From: Octopus sinensis
Taxonomy: Eukaryota
Reading direction: 5' to 3'
Assembly: GCF_006345805.1 (NCBI RefSeq)
Contig: NC_042998.1
Location: 21,576,001 to 21,640,000, forward strand
Length of the DNA stretch: 64,000 nucleotides
Shown: positions 13,073 through 25,420 of the stretch, in pieces
Numbering within the stretch: the stretch's first letter is position 1
Layout: every line of letters begins with the position of its first letter
Notes under the pieces: generated by a model
Databases searched by the model: none
What the model was told of the DNA's origin: nothing
The model's input: only the letters and a program-made list of their open reading frames with translations
Translations under genes and position numbers: made by a program

Positions 13073-13470
13073 TGGCAGAAACGTTAGCACGCCGGGCGAA
13101 ATGCGTAGCCGTATTTCGTCTGCCGTTACGTTGTGAGTTCAAATTCCGCCGAGGTCGACTTTGCCTTTCATCCTTTCGGGGTCGATGAATTAAGTAAGAG
13201 TTAGGAACTGGGGTCGATGTAATCTACTTAATACCTATGTCTGTCCTTGTTTGTCCCTTCTATGTTTAGCCCCTTGTGGGTAATAAAGAAATACGTATTT
13301 CGTCTGCCGTTACGTTCTGAGTTCAAATTCCGCCGAGGTTGACTTATCCTTTCGGGGTCGATAAATTAAATACCAGTTACGCACTGGGGTCGGTATAATC
13401 GACTTAATCCGTCTGTCTGTCCTTTTTTGTCTCCTCTGTGTTTAACCCCTTGTGGGTAGTAAAGAAATAT
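13073..13470 (+). mobile_element. tRNA-derived SINE family A, dimer
   Basis: Head tggcagaaacgttagcacgccgggcgaaatgc, B-box gagttcaaattcc, core gcctttcatcctttcggggtcgataaa; body repeated at junction 13294/5. Confidence 0.85.
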
Positions 13471-13857
13471 ATATTAATGATTTGCTGTTAAGTTGTATCT
13501 ACCTATAGTAAGTGGTTTTTGACTAAATACATAATAGGATTGTAGTAATTGATATAAATTCTTGGCCATTGAGATAGTTGACAAGCATCCAGCATCATAA
13601 TCAGCTACTTCATTTGTTAAATAGTTGGATTTTAGCAAAATTTCTAATAAGACATATAAAAGTGAGCGATCTGCTTCTGACATTTTAGATGTTTTTAAGT
13701 TTAAAAACTGGTCTGTCTTCATTCAACAGTGAATCAGAAGTAATTACAAGGATTATAGTTGGATTAACTCTAGTTTTGCATATTTTTGAAAGGAAGGAGG
13801 TCATTAAGCGTATCACACTCTCAATGTATTCCTCGTAGCCTGGCAAAAGGAATTCTA

Positions 13858-13984
13858 CAGGGTGTCCACAAAGTCTGGGTACATAGGAATTAACACATAC
13901 ATTCAGAAATTATTATTTCTTATATTTAATTCTTTATGTTATGATTTTATTTACTCCATGTTCCCAGACTTTTTGGACACCCTG
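13858..13984. mobile_element. Tc1/mariner-type MITE, 127 bp
   Basis: TIRs cagggtgtccacaaagtctggg / cccagactttttggacaccctg, TA TSD; empty site in paralog B near 43469. Confidence 0.85.
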
Positions 13985-14224
13985 TATTTTCTTCCTATGT
14001 GCTTCAGTTATTAAGGAATTCCAGAATAGAAAACTTATAAAATTATTTAAATATCCTGTTTTTCGTTAATGCAACAGAAATGATATTAATTAATTCTTTT
14101 TTTTAATGATGAGCAACTTTTCACAAGAAATTTAAAGTCACCAATTAGCAGTTGTTGATTAATTAAATTTATGAGGAATGTGAACTTTGAAATATCTCTT
14201 ATGGAATCTAATTTGTTTTTACAG

Positions 14225-14652
14225 ATAACACAGAAACTGAGGAACCGAGCGATGATCCACCAGGATACTATGAAAACTATGGATACTTATCGGATTGTGA
14301 GATTCCTACATCTGAACATCCCGTACATCCTGGAAATCCACCACTACCAGCATACCAATCACAACCATCACAATCCAGATACCAGTCACAAGCCCCACCA
14401 CCCGCATACCAGTCACAACCCCCATCACCCGAATGCCAGTCACAAGCCTCACCACCCGAATACCAGTCACAACCCTCACCACCCGAATACTCGTCACAAC
14501 CTACACCACCCGAATACTCGTCACAACACACACCACCCGAATACTCGTCACAACCACCACCTGATTACTATTCACTTTATCCAGAACTACAACAACCACA
14601 ACAACGACCGACTATACAAGAACTACTACAATCACGACAAGACACTAATTAT
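14225..14652 (+). CDS. Gene A exon 2, Pro/Gln/Tyr-rich, 9-aa PPPEYQSQP-type repeats
   Basis: tttttacAG acceptor, GTAAGC donor, 428 nt (2+142 codons): NTETEEPSDDPPGYYENY...PPEYQSQ...QDTNY, no stops. Confidence 0.85.
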
Positions 14653-14799
14653 GTAAGCAAACAGCTTTTCTCTTTCTACAACCATTTATCCTAAACAGAG
14701 ATCTTATGTTTAGCAAGTTTTAGTCATCAAAATGTGACTGTACTTAGAAATCATCTGTAAGAGTTTTTAGTCAGTCAAATAATTATATGGAGCACAATA

Positions 14800-15400
14800 G
14801 GGCGGCGAGCTGGCAGAATCGTTAGCACGCCGGGAGAAATGCGTAGCCGTATTTCGTCTGCCGCTACGTTTTGAGTTCAAATTCCGCCGAGGTCAGCTTT
14901 GCCTTTCATCCTTTCGGGGTGGATAAATTAAGTGCCAGTTACGCAGTGGGGTCGATGTAATCGACTTAATCTGTTTGTCTGTCCTTGTTTATCCCCTTTG
15001 TGTTTAGCCCCTTGTGAGTAGTAGAGAAATAGGTATTTCGTCTGCTGCTATGTTCTGAGTTCAAATTCCGCCGTGGTCGACTTTTCCTTTCATCCTTTCG
15101 GGGTTGATAAATTAAGTAACAGTTTCGAACTGGGGGTTGATGTAATCGAATTAATCCGTTTGTCTGTCCTTTTCTATCCCCTCTGTGCTTAGCCCCTTGT
15201 GGGTAGTAAAGAAACAGGTATTTCGTCTTCTGTTATGTTCTGAGTTCAAATTCCGCCGAGGTCGACTTTGCCTTTCATCCTTTCGGGGTCGATGAATTAA
15301 GTAAGAGTTAGGAACTGGGGTCGGTATAATCGACCTAATCCGTTTGTCTGTCCTTGTATGTCCCCTCTGTGTGTAGCCCCTTGTGGGTAGTAAATAAATA
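14800..15400 (+). mobile_element. SINE family A trimer
   Basis: One head + 3 bodies; junctions at 15032 and 15217. Confidence 0.85.
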
Positions 15401-15811
15401 TATATGGAGCACAGTATATGTTTTAGCTTGGTATCTATTTTATCAATCTTTATCGAAAGGCCGAGTGGTTGTACAGAAGTACATTGGTAGCAGTAGCAAT
15501 CGGAGTATGTGACATGGAAGATATACACACACGAATATATACGTGTGTGTGTGTATGTGTGCACGCATGTATGCTTGTTTGTGTCTATGTGTACGTCTGT
15601 GTATGTGTGTGTGTGTCTGTATGCATGTGTGTGAAGGAATGATTAGTTCTCTCAAATTTTCCATCAACTGAATTAAACTCACAAGCTATTTCTCAACTTA
15701 GAACTATGGTAGAGCATAGATTTCTATTGTTCTAGGTGCTGGGCAATGGGATCAAACCTGGAGCCTTCTGGTTCTGAAGTTTCTTTATCATAAAGTGATG
15801 AGTGCTCCTCC

Positions 15812-16887
15812 AAATACCAGTCACAACCCACACCACCCAAATACCAGTCACAACCCACACCACCCGAATACCAGTCACAACCACCACCACCCGAATACCA
15901 GCCACAACCCCCACCATCCGAATACCAGTCACAACCCCCACCACCCGAATACCAGTCACAACCCCCACCACCCGAATACCAGTTACAAAACCCCACCACC
16001 CGAATACCAGTCACAACCCCCACCACCCGGATACCAGTCACAACCTCCACCACCCAAATACCAGTCGCAACCCCCACCAGCCGAATACCAGTCACAACCC
16101 CCACCACCCGAATACCAGTTACAAAACCCCACCACCCGAATACCAGTCACAACCCCCACCACCCGAATACCAGCCACAACCCCCACCATCCGAATACCAG
16201 TCACAACCCCCACCACCCGAATACCAGTCACAACCCCCACCACCCGAATACCAGTTACAAAACCCAACCACCCGAATACCAGTCACAACCCCCACCACCC
16301 GGATACCAGTCACAACCCCCACCACCCAAATACCAGTCGCAACCCCCACCACCCAAATACCAGTCGCAACCCCCACCACCCGAATACCTATTTCTTTACT
16401 ACCCACAAGGGGCTAAACACAGAAGGGACAAACAAGGACAGACAAACAGATTAAGTCGATTACATCGACCCCAGTGCGTAACTGGTACTTAATTTATCGA
16501 CCCCGAAAGGATGAAAGGAAAAGTCGTCCTCGGCGGATTTTGAACTCAGAACGTAACGGCAGACGAAATACGGCTACACATTTCGCCCGGCGTGCTAATG
16601 TTTGTGCCAGCTCGCCGCCTTGTATACCACCCGAATACCAGTCACAACCCCCACCACCCGAATATCAGTCGCAACCCCCACCACCCGAATACCAGTCACA
16701 ACCCACACCACCCGAATACCAGTCACAACCCCCACCACCTGAATACCAGTCACGACCCACACCACCCGAATACCAGCCACAACCCTCACCACCCGAATAC
16801 CAGTCACAACCCCCACCACCCGAATACCAGTCACAACCGACACCACCCGAATACCAGTCACAACAACCACCACCAGAATACCATGAA
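15812..16887 (+). repeat. 27-bp minisatellite (ccaccacccgaataccagtcacaaccc) in intron 2 of gene A, about 31 units, split by a SINE
   Basis: Same unit as the exon-2 coding repeat; three 28-bp variants shift the frame; SINE A(-) at 16388..16620. Confidence 0.9.
16388..16620 (-). mobile_element. SINE family A monomer inside the minisatellite
   Basis: Full head to tail. Confidence 0.85.
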
Positions 16888-17276
16888 AGGCTTAAATTAA
16901 TCCGTTATACTTCTTCCATGAAATTTATATAGTTTAGGATTAAGCACGTGACGAAGGATGGTAGGTTTGGAAAAAAGTTTGAAATATATGGCAAAACTAT
17001 GTGCTTGTGATATTCAATTTTGCTGAGTTTAACCGAGCTTAGAAACAATTAAATAAGTTCAATATAAATGGGTTAATTCAATCAACTACATTCCTCTGTT
17101 CAAAATTTAATCTTGCATCAAAGTCAAACGAAAATAATGTTTTAATAACTGAATCAATACTCAGAATAGTCAGAGCAGCTATAATAGAATGCTTAAGCTG
17201 TTCACCTCGCAATCATAAGATCCCTGTTCTGGGCACAATGTATACAATTTTGAGTAGATATCTTTTACTATAACCT

Positions 17277-17498
17277 ATTTCTTTACTACCCACAAGGGGC
17301 TAAACACAGAAGGGACAAACAAACAGATTAATTCGATTATATCGACCCCAGTGCGCAACTGGTACTTATTTAATCGACACCGAAATGATAAAAGGCAAAG
17401 TCGACCTCGGCGGAATTTGAACTCAGAACGTAGCGGCAGACGAATTACGGCTACGCATTTCGCCCGGCGTGCTAACGTTTCTGCCAGCTCACCGCCTT
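17277..17498 (-). mobile_element. SINE family A monomer
   Basis: Full head to tail. Confidence 0.85.
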
Positions 17499-18581
17499 TT
17501 ACTATAACCACAGATCGCTACAAATCTAGTGGGTGAAATTGTTTAGACGGAAACTATGTAGAAGTACTTTCGTTTGAAGTGCAACTGTAATCCAGAGGTT
17601 CAAATTTGTCTCATACTGTGTCAAGTTGATTTGGTCTGAAAATTGCATTAAGCATACACGTGTTTCGGTGAAATATTCAGCCAGTTACTCATTAATGAAT
17701 AAGTAGCTCTGTTAACTAAACAACTGAATGCTGATTTGAAAACTGGTTAGGGTTCTATCATCAATCAAGTTAAGTCAGTAATCTTTTAGATATCCCTAAA
17801 TAGGGAGATAATCTTAATGATAAACCAGATTTCTATTTAGTTTTCTATTTAAGCTATTTGTTTTTGTAATTGTTAAGATGCTGTTTTAGCCAATCGTGTG
17901 TCTGCGAAAAGTAGGATTTGAGAACCTTAGTGTTGTGGACAGTGAGAAACACATCCGAACAGAGACAAGAAGAAGAACGATTTTTCCCCAAATAATAAGA
18001 CTAACATAAATTAAAGTTTTATTGCAAATTCATCATTTGGGAGTTTCGAATTTTAATGTGCACAGAGTTTTGTTCAAAAGATGAGAGATTTCCCACTTTC
18101 ACAAGAGAATCTCCACTCAGTGAAGCATACAAGATTAGAAGTGAAATGTCGGTGGCCCTGAGACACCTGATGATATTACAGAAGGATTTCCAATATTGCA
18201 ATAGTTTCAGATATTACAATACTTCCTACAGTTTCTGCATAGGCAAAACATTTCTGGTGTTAATTCTACATATATTCAGTTGTATTATCGAGTCATGTTG
18301 AATAAATATATATTCTTGTAAAATAAGGATCGTTGTTGTTGTTCCCCTTTTATTGACCAATCATATAATCAAAGGACATAGTTATAACCATCCAGTCTTT
18401 TTATAAGGCATTCTATCAGTACATTATCCTATGTCTTATTTCTCCAAAAGAATATAGAATTTTATCTAAGGAAGACGTAGTTATTGTCACTAAGAAAACT
18501 ACCATATACAGGCTTATTCTTTGGTTTGCTTTTAGTTTATTATTATTTTCCTCTTATCATATATTATTATTATTATTATTG

Positions 18582-18952
18582 TGGAGGCGCAATGACCCAG
18601 TGGTTAGGGCAGCGGACTCGCGGTCGTAGGATCGTGGTTTCGATTCCCAGACCGGGCGTTGTGAGTGTTTATTGAGCGAAAACACCTGAGGCTCCAGCAG
18701 GGGATGGTGGCGAAGCATGCTGTACACTTTCACCACAACTTTCTCTCTCACTCTTACTTCCTGTTTCTGTTGTACCTGTATTTCAAGGGGCCGGCCTTAT
18801 CACTCTCTGTGTCACGCTGAATATCCCCGAGAACTACGTTAAGGGTGCACGTGTCTGTGGAGTGCTCAGCCACTTACACGTTAATTTCACGAGCAGGCTG
18901 TTCCGTTGATTCGGATCAACCGGAACCCTCATCGTCGTAACCGACGGAGTGC
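18582..18952 (+). mobile_element. tRNA(Arg-like)-headed SINE family B (~380 bp)
   Basis: Copies at 31027..31410, 40861..41248, 50394..50778(-), and partial 45807..46000. Confidence 0.85.
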
Positions 18953-19034
18953 AAAGTTAGAGATTATTATTATTATTATTATTATTATATTATTATTATT
19001 ATCATTATTATTATCATTATTATTATTATTATTA

Positions 19035-19222
19035 TTCAGTAGTTTTATTTTTATAGCGTGCTTTCACTTCACTACCGAGTGCAGCTCTGTGTGCCTTAAG
19101 TATGTGCTGTAGTTTGTTGGGATGCTCTGATGATTACTGTATTGAAAGTGTTTTACGTAGGATGTGTGCAGTGCCCAGTAGTGCAATTTTCTGTATGTTG
19201 TATGTGTTTGTTAGTCCCGGTG

Positions 19223-19226
<4 letters not shown>
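19035..19226 (-). mobile_element. Short 3' fragment of R4/Dong-like non-LTR element in (ATT)n
   Basis: Reverse match to 56710..56897; (ATT)n on both sides. Confidence 0.7.
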
Positions 19227-19257
<31 letters not shown>

Positions 19258-19263
<6 letters not shown>

Positions 19264-19480
19264 TAGTGAGAGAGCAGCGCATACCAACAAAGTGACACTG
19301 GGGTAAAATATACGTAGCCCAGTATACACATTATGACTACCCATCTGATAAGGGTACACCAGACACCTGCATCACAACCATATGTGCGCGACATGCTGAT
19401 CTCATATCGAGATTAACAGCGCAAGACTTTGCAGGTGGGGCCCAGTTAGAATTTTCTTCAGGTCGAGTAACCCATCCCTT
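19258..19480 (-). mobile_element. (AAT)n-tailed interspersed repeat (family D, unassigned retroposon 3' end)
   Basis: Reverse match to 57265..57495. Confidence 0.65.
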
Positions 19481-19539
19481 TGTCTGTCCTTGTTTGTCTC
19501 CTCTGTGTGTAGCCCCTTGTGGGCAGTAAAGAAATAAGA

Positions 19540-19551
19540 TTATTATTGTTG

Positions 19552-19600
<49 letters not shown>

Positions 19601-19758
19601 TATTATTATTATTATTATTACTATTATTATTACTATTATTATTATTATTATTATTATTACTATTATTATTACTATTATTATTATTATTATTACTATTATT
19701 ATTATTATTATTACTATTATTATTATTATTATTACTATTATTATTATTATTATTACTA

Positions 19759-19789
<31 letters not shown>

Positions 19790-19897
19790 TATTATTACTA
19801 TTAATATTATTATTATTATTACTATTATTATTATTATTATTATTACTATTATTATTATTATTATTATTATTACTATTATTATCATTATTATTATTAC

Positions 19898-19933
<36 letters not shown>

Positions 19934-20023
19934 TATTATTATTATTATTATTACTATTATTATTATTATTATTATTATTACTATTATTATTATTATTATT
20001 ACTATTATTATTATTATTATTAC

Positions 20024-20068
<45 letters not shown>

Positions 20069-20070
20069 CA
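19540..20070. repeat. (ATT)n/(ACT) microsatellite
   Basis: Direct inspection; similar at 56127..56425, 56897..57165 and 57495..57620. Confidence 0.95.
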
Positions 20071-20509
20071 TCACTGTAAGGCAATGAACTGACGTTGGCA
20101 TGACAGGCGAAATACTTAGCGTTGTTTCATGCCTCTCTACGTTCTAAGTTCAAATTACGCCGGAGTCGACTTTATCTTTCATCCGTTCGGGGGCCGATAA
20201 TATGCGTACCGTTAGTCCTAGGGGTCGATATAGTCGACTATCCCAGTTCTCCAGCTTTCAATTATTGTGCCTATAGTAGAAAGTATTATTACTCACTGTC
20301 ATTACATCGTATTTGTTGTCGTCATCATCCTCATCATCATCATCATCATCATCATCATCTTTATCTTCATCCTTTTTCCAATTTATCAGCAGCAGCAGCA
20401 GCAGCTGTAGCAGCAGCAGCATTATCATCAGCATCAGCATCGTCATCATGAATGTCCTCATCACCATCCTAAATGATTATGTTATGTTTTTGGTATCTCA
20501 CCATTTCAG

Positions 20510-20620
20510 AGACTACACCTCGAACCAGGACACATTGAAAGTAAAATGAAGGCGGCACTTTTCGTCACAATTTTCTGCTTTTTTCCAACCGGCCTTGCTG
20601 CTATTTTTTATGCACATAGA
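20510..20620 (+). CDS. Gene A exon 3, CD225 N-terminal half
   Basis: catttcAG / GTAAGT, 111 nt: RLHLEPGHIESKMKAALFVTIFCFFPTGLAAIFYAHR. Same length as paralog exon 45431..45541. Confidence 0.9.
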
Positions 20621-20753
20621 GTAAGTACTTTTTATCCAATTGTGGGTGTGTGGTAAGATGTTTGCTTCCCAACTACATAGCTCCGAGTTCAGTTCTGTTG
20701 CATCTTTCGCGAGTGTACACATACACACACACACACATACATACATACATACA

Positions 20754-20787
<34 letters not shown>

Positions 20788-20886
20788 AATTTTTGCGTGG
20801 GAATCTATGGGGATTGGTGTTAGGCGAAGAGAAGTGGTGAATTGCCACATTAAGGAGCAAAGGAATGGAGGGAGAAGATTAATTCT

Positions 20887-22861
20887 TGTTCACGACGAAG
20901 GCGGGAGCCCAGATGGCTCCTGTGCAGAGAATTCGAACACAGGCAGATGTTGCAGAGAATGACCGGTGGAGCGGAGTTGGTGTGAGACCGGAGTGTCATT
21001 GCCAAGTCTTGATGAGACCTTATACCTTGTGTATGTGTGTTCGATACTGTTTATATCCCTTGAGTTGCTTCTAGTTCATATTTGATTATATATATGTGTG
21101 TATTTTGTGTGTGTGTGCATGTACGAGGGGATACCCGTAAGTAACCGGAAAGGTTCTCTGAGGGTGAAACCATTTGTAGTTCAGGATACCAATGCTAGAA
21201 GCCACTTCATGTGACCCCCCAGACATCAATTTGCCAACTGGCGGCTTTCGGTGGGGGTCGTACTTCCACGTCGTGCTCTTTGTTTTGCAGTGCTTCACCC
21301 ATGTTCGTCGATATTTACGATAGCTGAAAGGAAGGGACATCGTGCTTTCGTGGAATTCTGTTTTCTGTATTCGCGAGACTATCAAAACGTTCTCTCTCGA
21401 CTCTTACCGAACTCTACTCTTTGTAAGAGTTCGATTAGTCCATTCTTCCACCCCACCCCCAGCGGTGTCGATGTTTCTCACCACAACTTCTTCCCCATTT
21501 GAGATTGATTTCCGCTGGAAGTTAATATCATTTATTTATTTATCTATTTTTCTTTCATCACATCTCCTTTTCTGAGATTTTCCTCCTAGGGAAGTTTAAT
21601 ATTTCTTCCGTTTAGGCACTACATCCATCCGTTCTGTATGTCTCCTCTTTCTTGTGCTCCTATGACTAGGTTCGATTTATTGCGGCGTAGGAACATCAAA
21701 AGTGTAATAGGTATCTCTTGTCTTTTTCCGTATATCTATTTTTTAGCTGGCTTAAATGCTTTTTGTGTACCCATTTTCACCTCTTATCATATATTTCATT
21801 TTGTCTATTCATTTTGTTCCTACCCCGTCTTCCCAACCTTGTCTTCCACTTTTACATATTTTGAAAAACACCTTGTCACCGATATTAAAAAACTTTGTCG
21901 TATTTTTAGTGTTTTCCCCATTTGGTTTTCTTATTGGTAGCAGCTTGTCAAAATTTGACTTTATTTTTCGAGCAAGCATTAATTCCGCGGGTGAAAAAGC
22001 GCTTGGGTCCTATAAACCTTCAAGAATTGCGTCAATGCTTCGTCATCGACTATCACTTTTTTTCCTGTAATGCACTTTTTAATTGTATTGTTTGTTGTTT
22101 GTTTGTTCCTTCTCGAGCCATGCCTGGCTCATAAGGGCCGGTTTCCCGGTTTCTTGGCGTATAGGTTTCCCACCTGGACGGGACGCCAGTCCGTCGCAAG
22201 TGAGCTGCAAGATGCAGGAGGAAAGAGTGAGAGAAAGTTGTGGAGAAAGAGTCAGCAGAAGTTCGCCATTACCTTCTGCCGGAGCCGCGTGGAGCTTGGG
22301 TGTTTCGCTCATAAACACACACATCGCCCGGTCTGAGATTCGAAGCGGCGATCCCTCGACCGCAAGTCCGCTGCTCTAACCACTAGGCCATGTGCCTTCA
22401 CTTTTTAATGTATCCACGAACCTTTTTGCTTGCCCGTTAGATATTGGGTGATATGGTGGAGAAATATGCTTAATTGAGTACATTTCGGAAAAAATTCTTA
22501 AATTCATTCGCCGTGAATTGTGTACTGTTATCAGAGACTATGGTATCCGCGACACCATACCTAGCAAAAAGTTCGAGTAGAAATTCGACTGTTACTGTGG
22601 ATGTCGATTTGCTACATTTACGCATTTCTGGCCATTTTGTATAGGTTTTTTTTTTTTTACTCTTTTACTTGTTTCAGTCATTTGACTGCGGCCATGCTGA
22701 AGCATCGCCTTTTAATCGAGCAACTCGACCCCGGGACTTATTCTTTGTAAGCCCAGTACTTATTCTATCGGTCTCTTTTGCCGAACTGCTAAGTGAAGGG
22801 AACGTAAACACACCAATAAATCGGTTGTCAAGCAATGCTAAAGGGTCAAACACAGACACAT

Positions 22862-22898
<37 letters not shown>

Positions 22899-23710
22899 CG
22901 ACAGGCTTCTTTCAGTTTCCGTCTACCAAATCCACTCACAAGGCATTGGGCGGCCCGGGGCTATAGCAGAAGACACTTGCCCAAGATGCCACGCAGTGGA
23001 ACTGAACCCGGAACCATGTGGTTGGTTAGCAAGCTACTTACCACACAGCCACTCCTGCGCCTACCATTACTAAATAATAGCTGTCTACCATTACTAAATA
23101 ATATGATCGATTTAACGGTTCTGCTAAGTCTATGTGTATTCTGGACCATGGAATATCGGTTTTGGGCCGATGTTGAAATTTTATAGGTGGTGATTTCGCT
23201 GCAAGAGCACACTCTCTGCAGAATTTTACCAACTTCTTGATATATATATCCATTTTTGGCCAGTAAACATAACTCCTCATAAGCGACTTCATTCTAGAAA
23301 TTTCTGGATATCCAGTGTGGAGTTCATTTAACATTCGACCTTGTAGTGAGGTAGGCATTACGACTCTCTGTGCATACATTATCACATGTCGAATACAAAT
23401 TTGAAACTGTGTTACGCACAGTCACGAGTATTTTTTTATTTGTTTCTTCTGATCTCACTATTTTTTTCATTTTAATAATAACTCGTCCGTCTCTGCCTTA
23501 ATTTTTATTTCCTCCAATGTCACAGGCAATTCACACACAACATTGCACAATATATCTTTCATTTCATTTTCTGTTTTTAACGCTGCTATCACTGTGTCTT
23601 CAACTAGTTCACTATATTTTGGTATTAATATTGACAAACCATTTGCATGTCCCAATTTTTTTCGATGGCGGGTACTTCATTTTGAAGTCGTAATTCAGTA
23701 GAATCATTCC
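20887..23710 (-). mobile_element. Degenerate Ty3/Gypsy LTR retrotransposon (pol fragments) in intron 3 of gene A
   Basis: 23710..23470 RNaseH-end/connection (WGMILLNYDFKMKY...GHANGLS); 23385..23090 integrase H2C2 + rve start (LNELHTGYP...YVYWPKMD...CRECA...WSRIHIDLA); 22010..21580 IN C-terminus (SPAELMLARKIKSNFDKLLP...GDKVFF). PPT-like aaaaggaga then TG at 21562; LTR end uncertain. Confidence 0.7.
22657..23062 (-). mobile_element. SINE family C copy nested in Gypsy remnant
   Basis: Matches the family C consensus. Confidence 0.85.
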
Positions 23711-23726
23711 CCATGGATGAAATGAA

Positions 23727-25420
23727 TTAACCTCGTATTTGTTCAAATGTTCTTCTCGTCTTCAAAGTTAGCGTCCTATAAACAATTGTTCTTCTCTTAA
23801 TTCCTTCCATTATCTCTTTGTGGGAATTTAACCTCAGGTTGTCTCCCTCCCCATAAAGAAATGACTGGAACTCCTTGACTGCCTCCGGCTTGATGTTGTA
23901 ACGCTTCATCCTTCTTCGTGCCGCAGCCGCATAATCATCCGTACTTTCTCCGGAATCACTGTTGTAGTCCGCCTCATCCTCGCTCTCCCAGAGTTCGTAA
24001 AATGTATCTTCATCCATTTTTAGGCACACTCGACACAAAATGTAAACGCTTCACCCACAAACGAAGAAACCAACAGGAAACAAGTCTGTGGAGGCTAACA
24101 ATGTGTCACAAGACTCTGACGGTTTTTAAAAAAATTTTAAAACAAAAGTAATCCGGAAAAGATTACCTTTGTTTTAAAATCAACGGCAAATCAACAATAA
24201 ACATCAGAAAATACAACTATAACAGACCGTAACACGGAAGCGAACACACCACACTGTACTACCAAAACACTCTCTATTTCTTTAGCAAGCACTCAGGCTC
24301 ATACACAGAGGGGACAGCACAGGGACAGACAGAACACTACAGTGGGGACAAAAACATAAAACGAATGAAAAATGAATGATGTATAAAAATATGATGGTGG
24401 AATTGTTTTATTATTACCCACAAGGGGCGAACATAGAGGGGACAATACAACCTGATATGGGGTCAGATTAACGGATGGGATTACAAAGAAGGTGAATTTT
24501 AAAATTTACAAAATTGACAAAATAACAAAAAATCGAATGAAGAACAGACCGGAATGACTGCATTTGAACCCCACTCTCAAGCAGTACCATTTAACAGCTA
24601 AATTATGCAAATTAACAAGTCTTTCTTACGCTGTCTTTTTTTCTTTTAGCATCGTTTTTTTTTCTTCTTTCTCCTTTTTTTCTTGGGAAAGTCTATTTCT
24701 TTTTTTTCCTTGAGAGTCTATTTTTTCTCCTTTTTTTAAAAAAAATTTACTCTTTTTAACAGTTCATAAAGGGTTTCAAATCTAAGCCTTACTTCAACTG
24801 TGCTGTATTTATTTCCACGCGTATAAGATGTGGTAAACCTCTTTATTTCCTTGAGGCACTCTTCTATTGTCTCTGTTGGGGCAACCTCTATCTTTTTACA
24901 GGACGTAGATAACGTTCTGTACACCACTGTCCTTTTCGCCCCATTGTTCGTCAATTCTTGCGGTGGAGTCAGCTTCAAACTCGCTCGTTCCCTTTCTATT
25001 AATTTGCTTTCTTCCTTCCACTTTCTGGGCTCTACTTTAATTTCACATACTTCCAAGGCGTTGGCAGGCACTCCTCTACTCGTGGCCAATGCGCAACTTC
25101 CAACCAGTTCACCTTACACATCTCTTCCCTTCTCCATCTCACCCATAATTGGGCAAGAAAACAAATACAACAGGCAAAAACAGCAACAATAGCGCAAAAC
25201 TCAACCAATGTAACAAATCCTAGGCTCACCCACACGAGGAGACCCATAATACACGGCCCATTCCGGAATCGCAAGTGATTTAACAAGAAAACGCGGACTA
25301 CCAAAAGCGCTGTCTGTTTCTTTATTAGCAACAAGGGCCCAAACATAGAGGGGGACAAACAAGGACAGACAGGACACCACAGAGGGGACAATACATAAAA
25401 CGAATATGAATGAGATGATT
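23727..25420 (-). mobile_element. Two head-to-tail LINE 5'/ORF1-like fragments, each preceded by a Tx1-type 3' tail
   Basis: ORFs 23727..24038 and 24736..25089 share RT(I/V)VYRTL; tails at ~24275, ~24410 and ~25315. Confidence 0.45.

Noticed and set aside
13474-13722. Antisense ORF present in both paralogs (also 43137..43340)
   Set aside because: Similarity is explained by the segmental duplication; the ends differ by frameshift and no motif was recognised.
14171-14656. 161-aa His/Asn-rich ORF
   Set aside because: Alternative frame of gene A exon 2; the real frame (no ATG, not in the track) matches gene B.
15795-16454. Minisatellite as an additional coding exon or a CRISPR-like array
   Set aside because: 28-bp variants break the frame, there are no good splice sites and no unique spacers.
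18056-18301. 81-aa non-repetitive ORF in intron 2
   Set aside because: No counterpart in gene B, no donor, no recognisable motif.
18582-18660. tRNA-Arg-like cloverleaf as a functional tRNA gene
   Set aside because: It is the head of a multi-copy SINE followed by the family body; the same holds for the other SINE heads.
19337-20101. Poly-I/N/L ORFs
   Set aside because: (ATT)n microsatellite; the same applies to 56011..57277.
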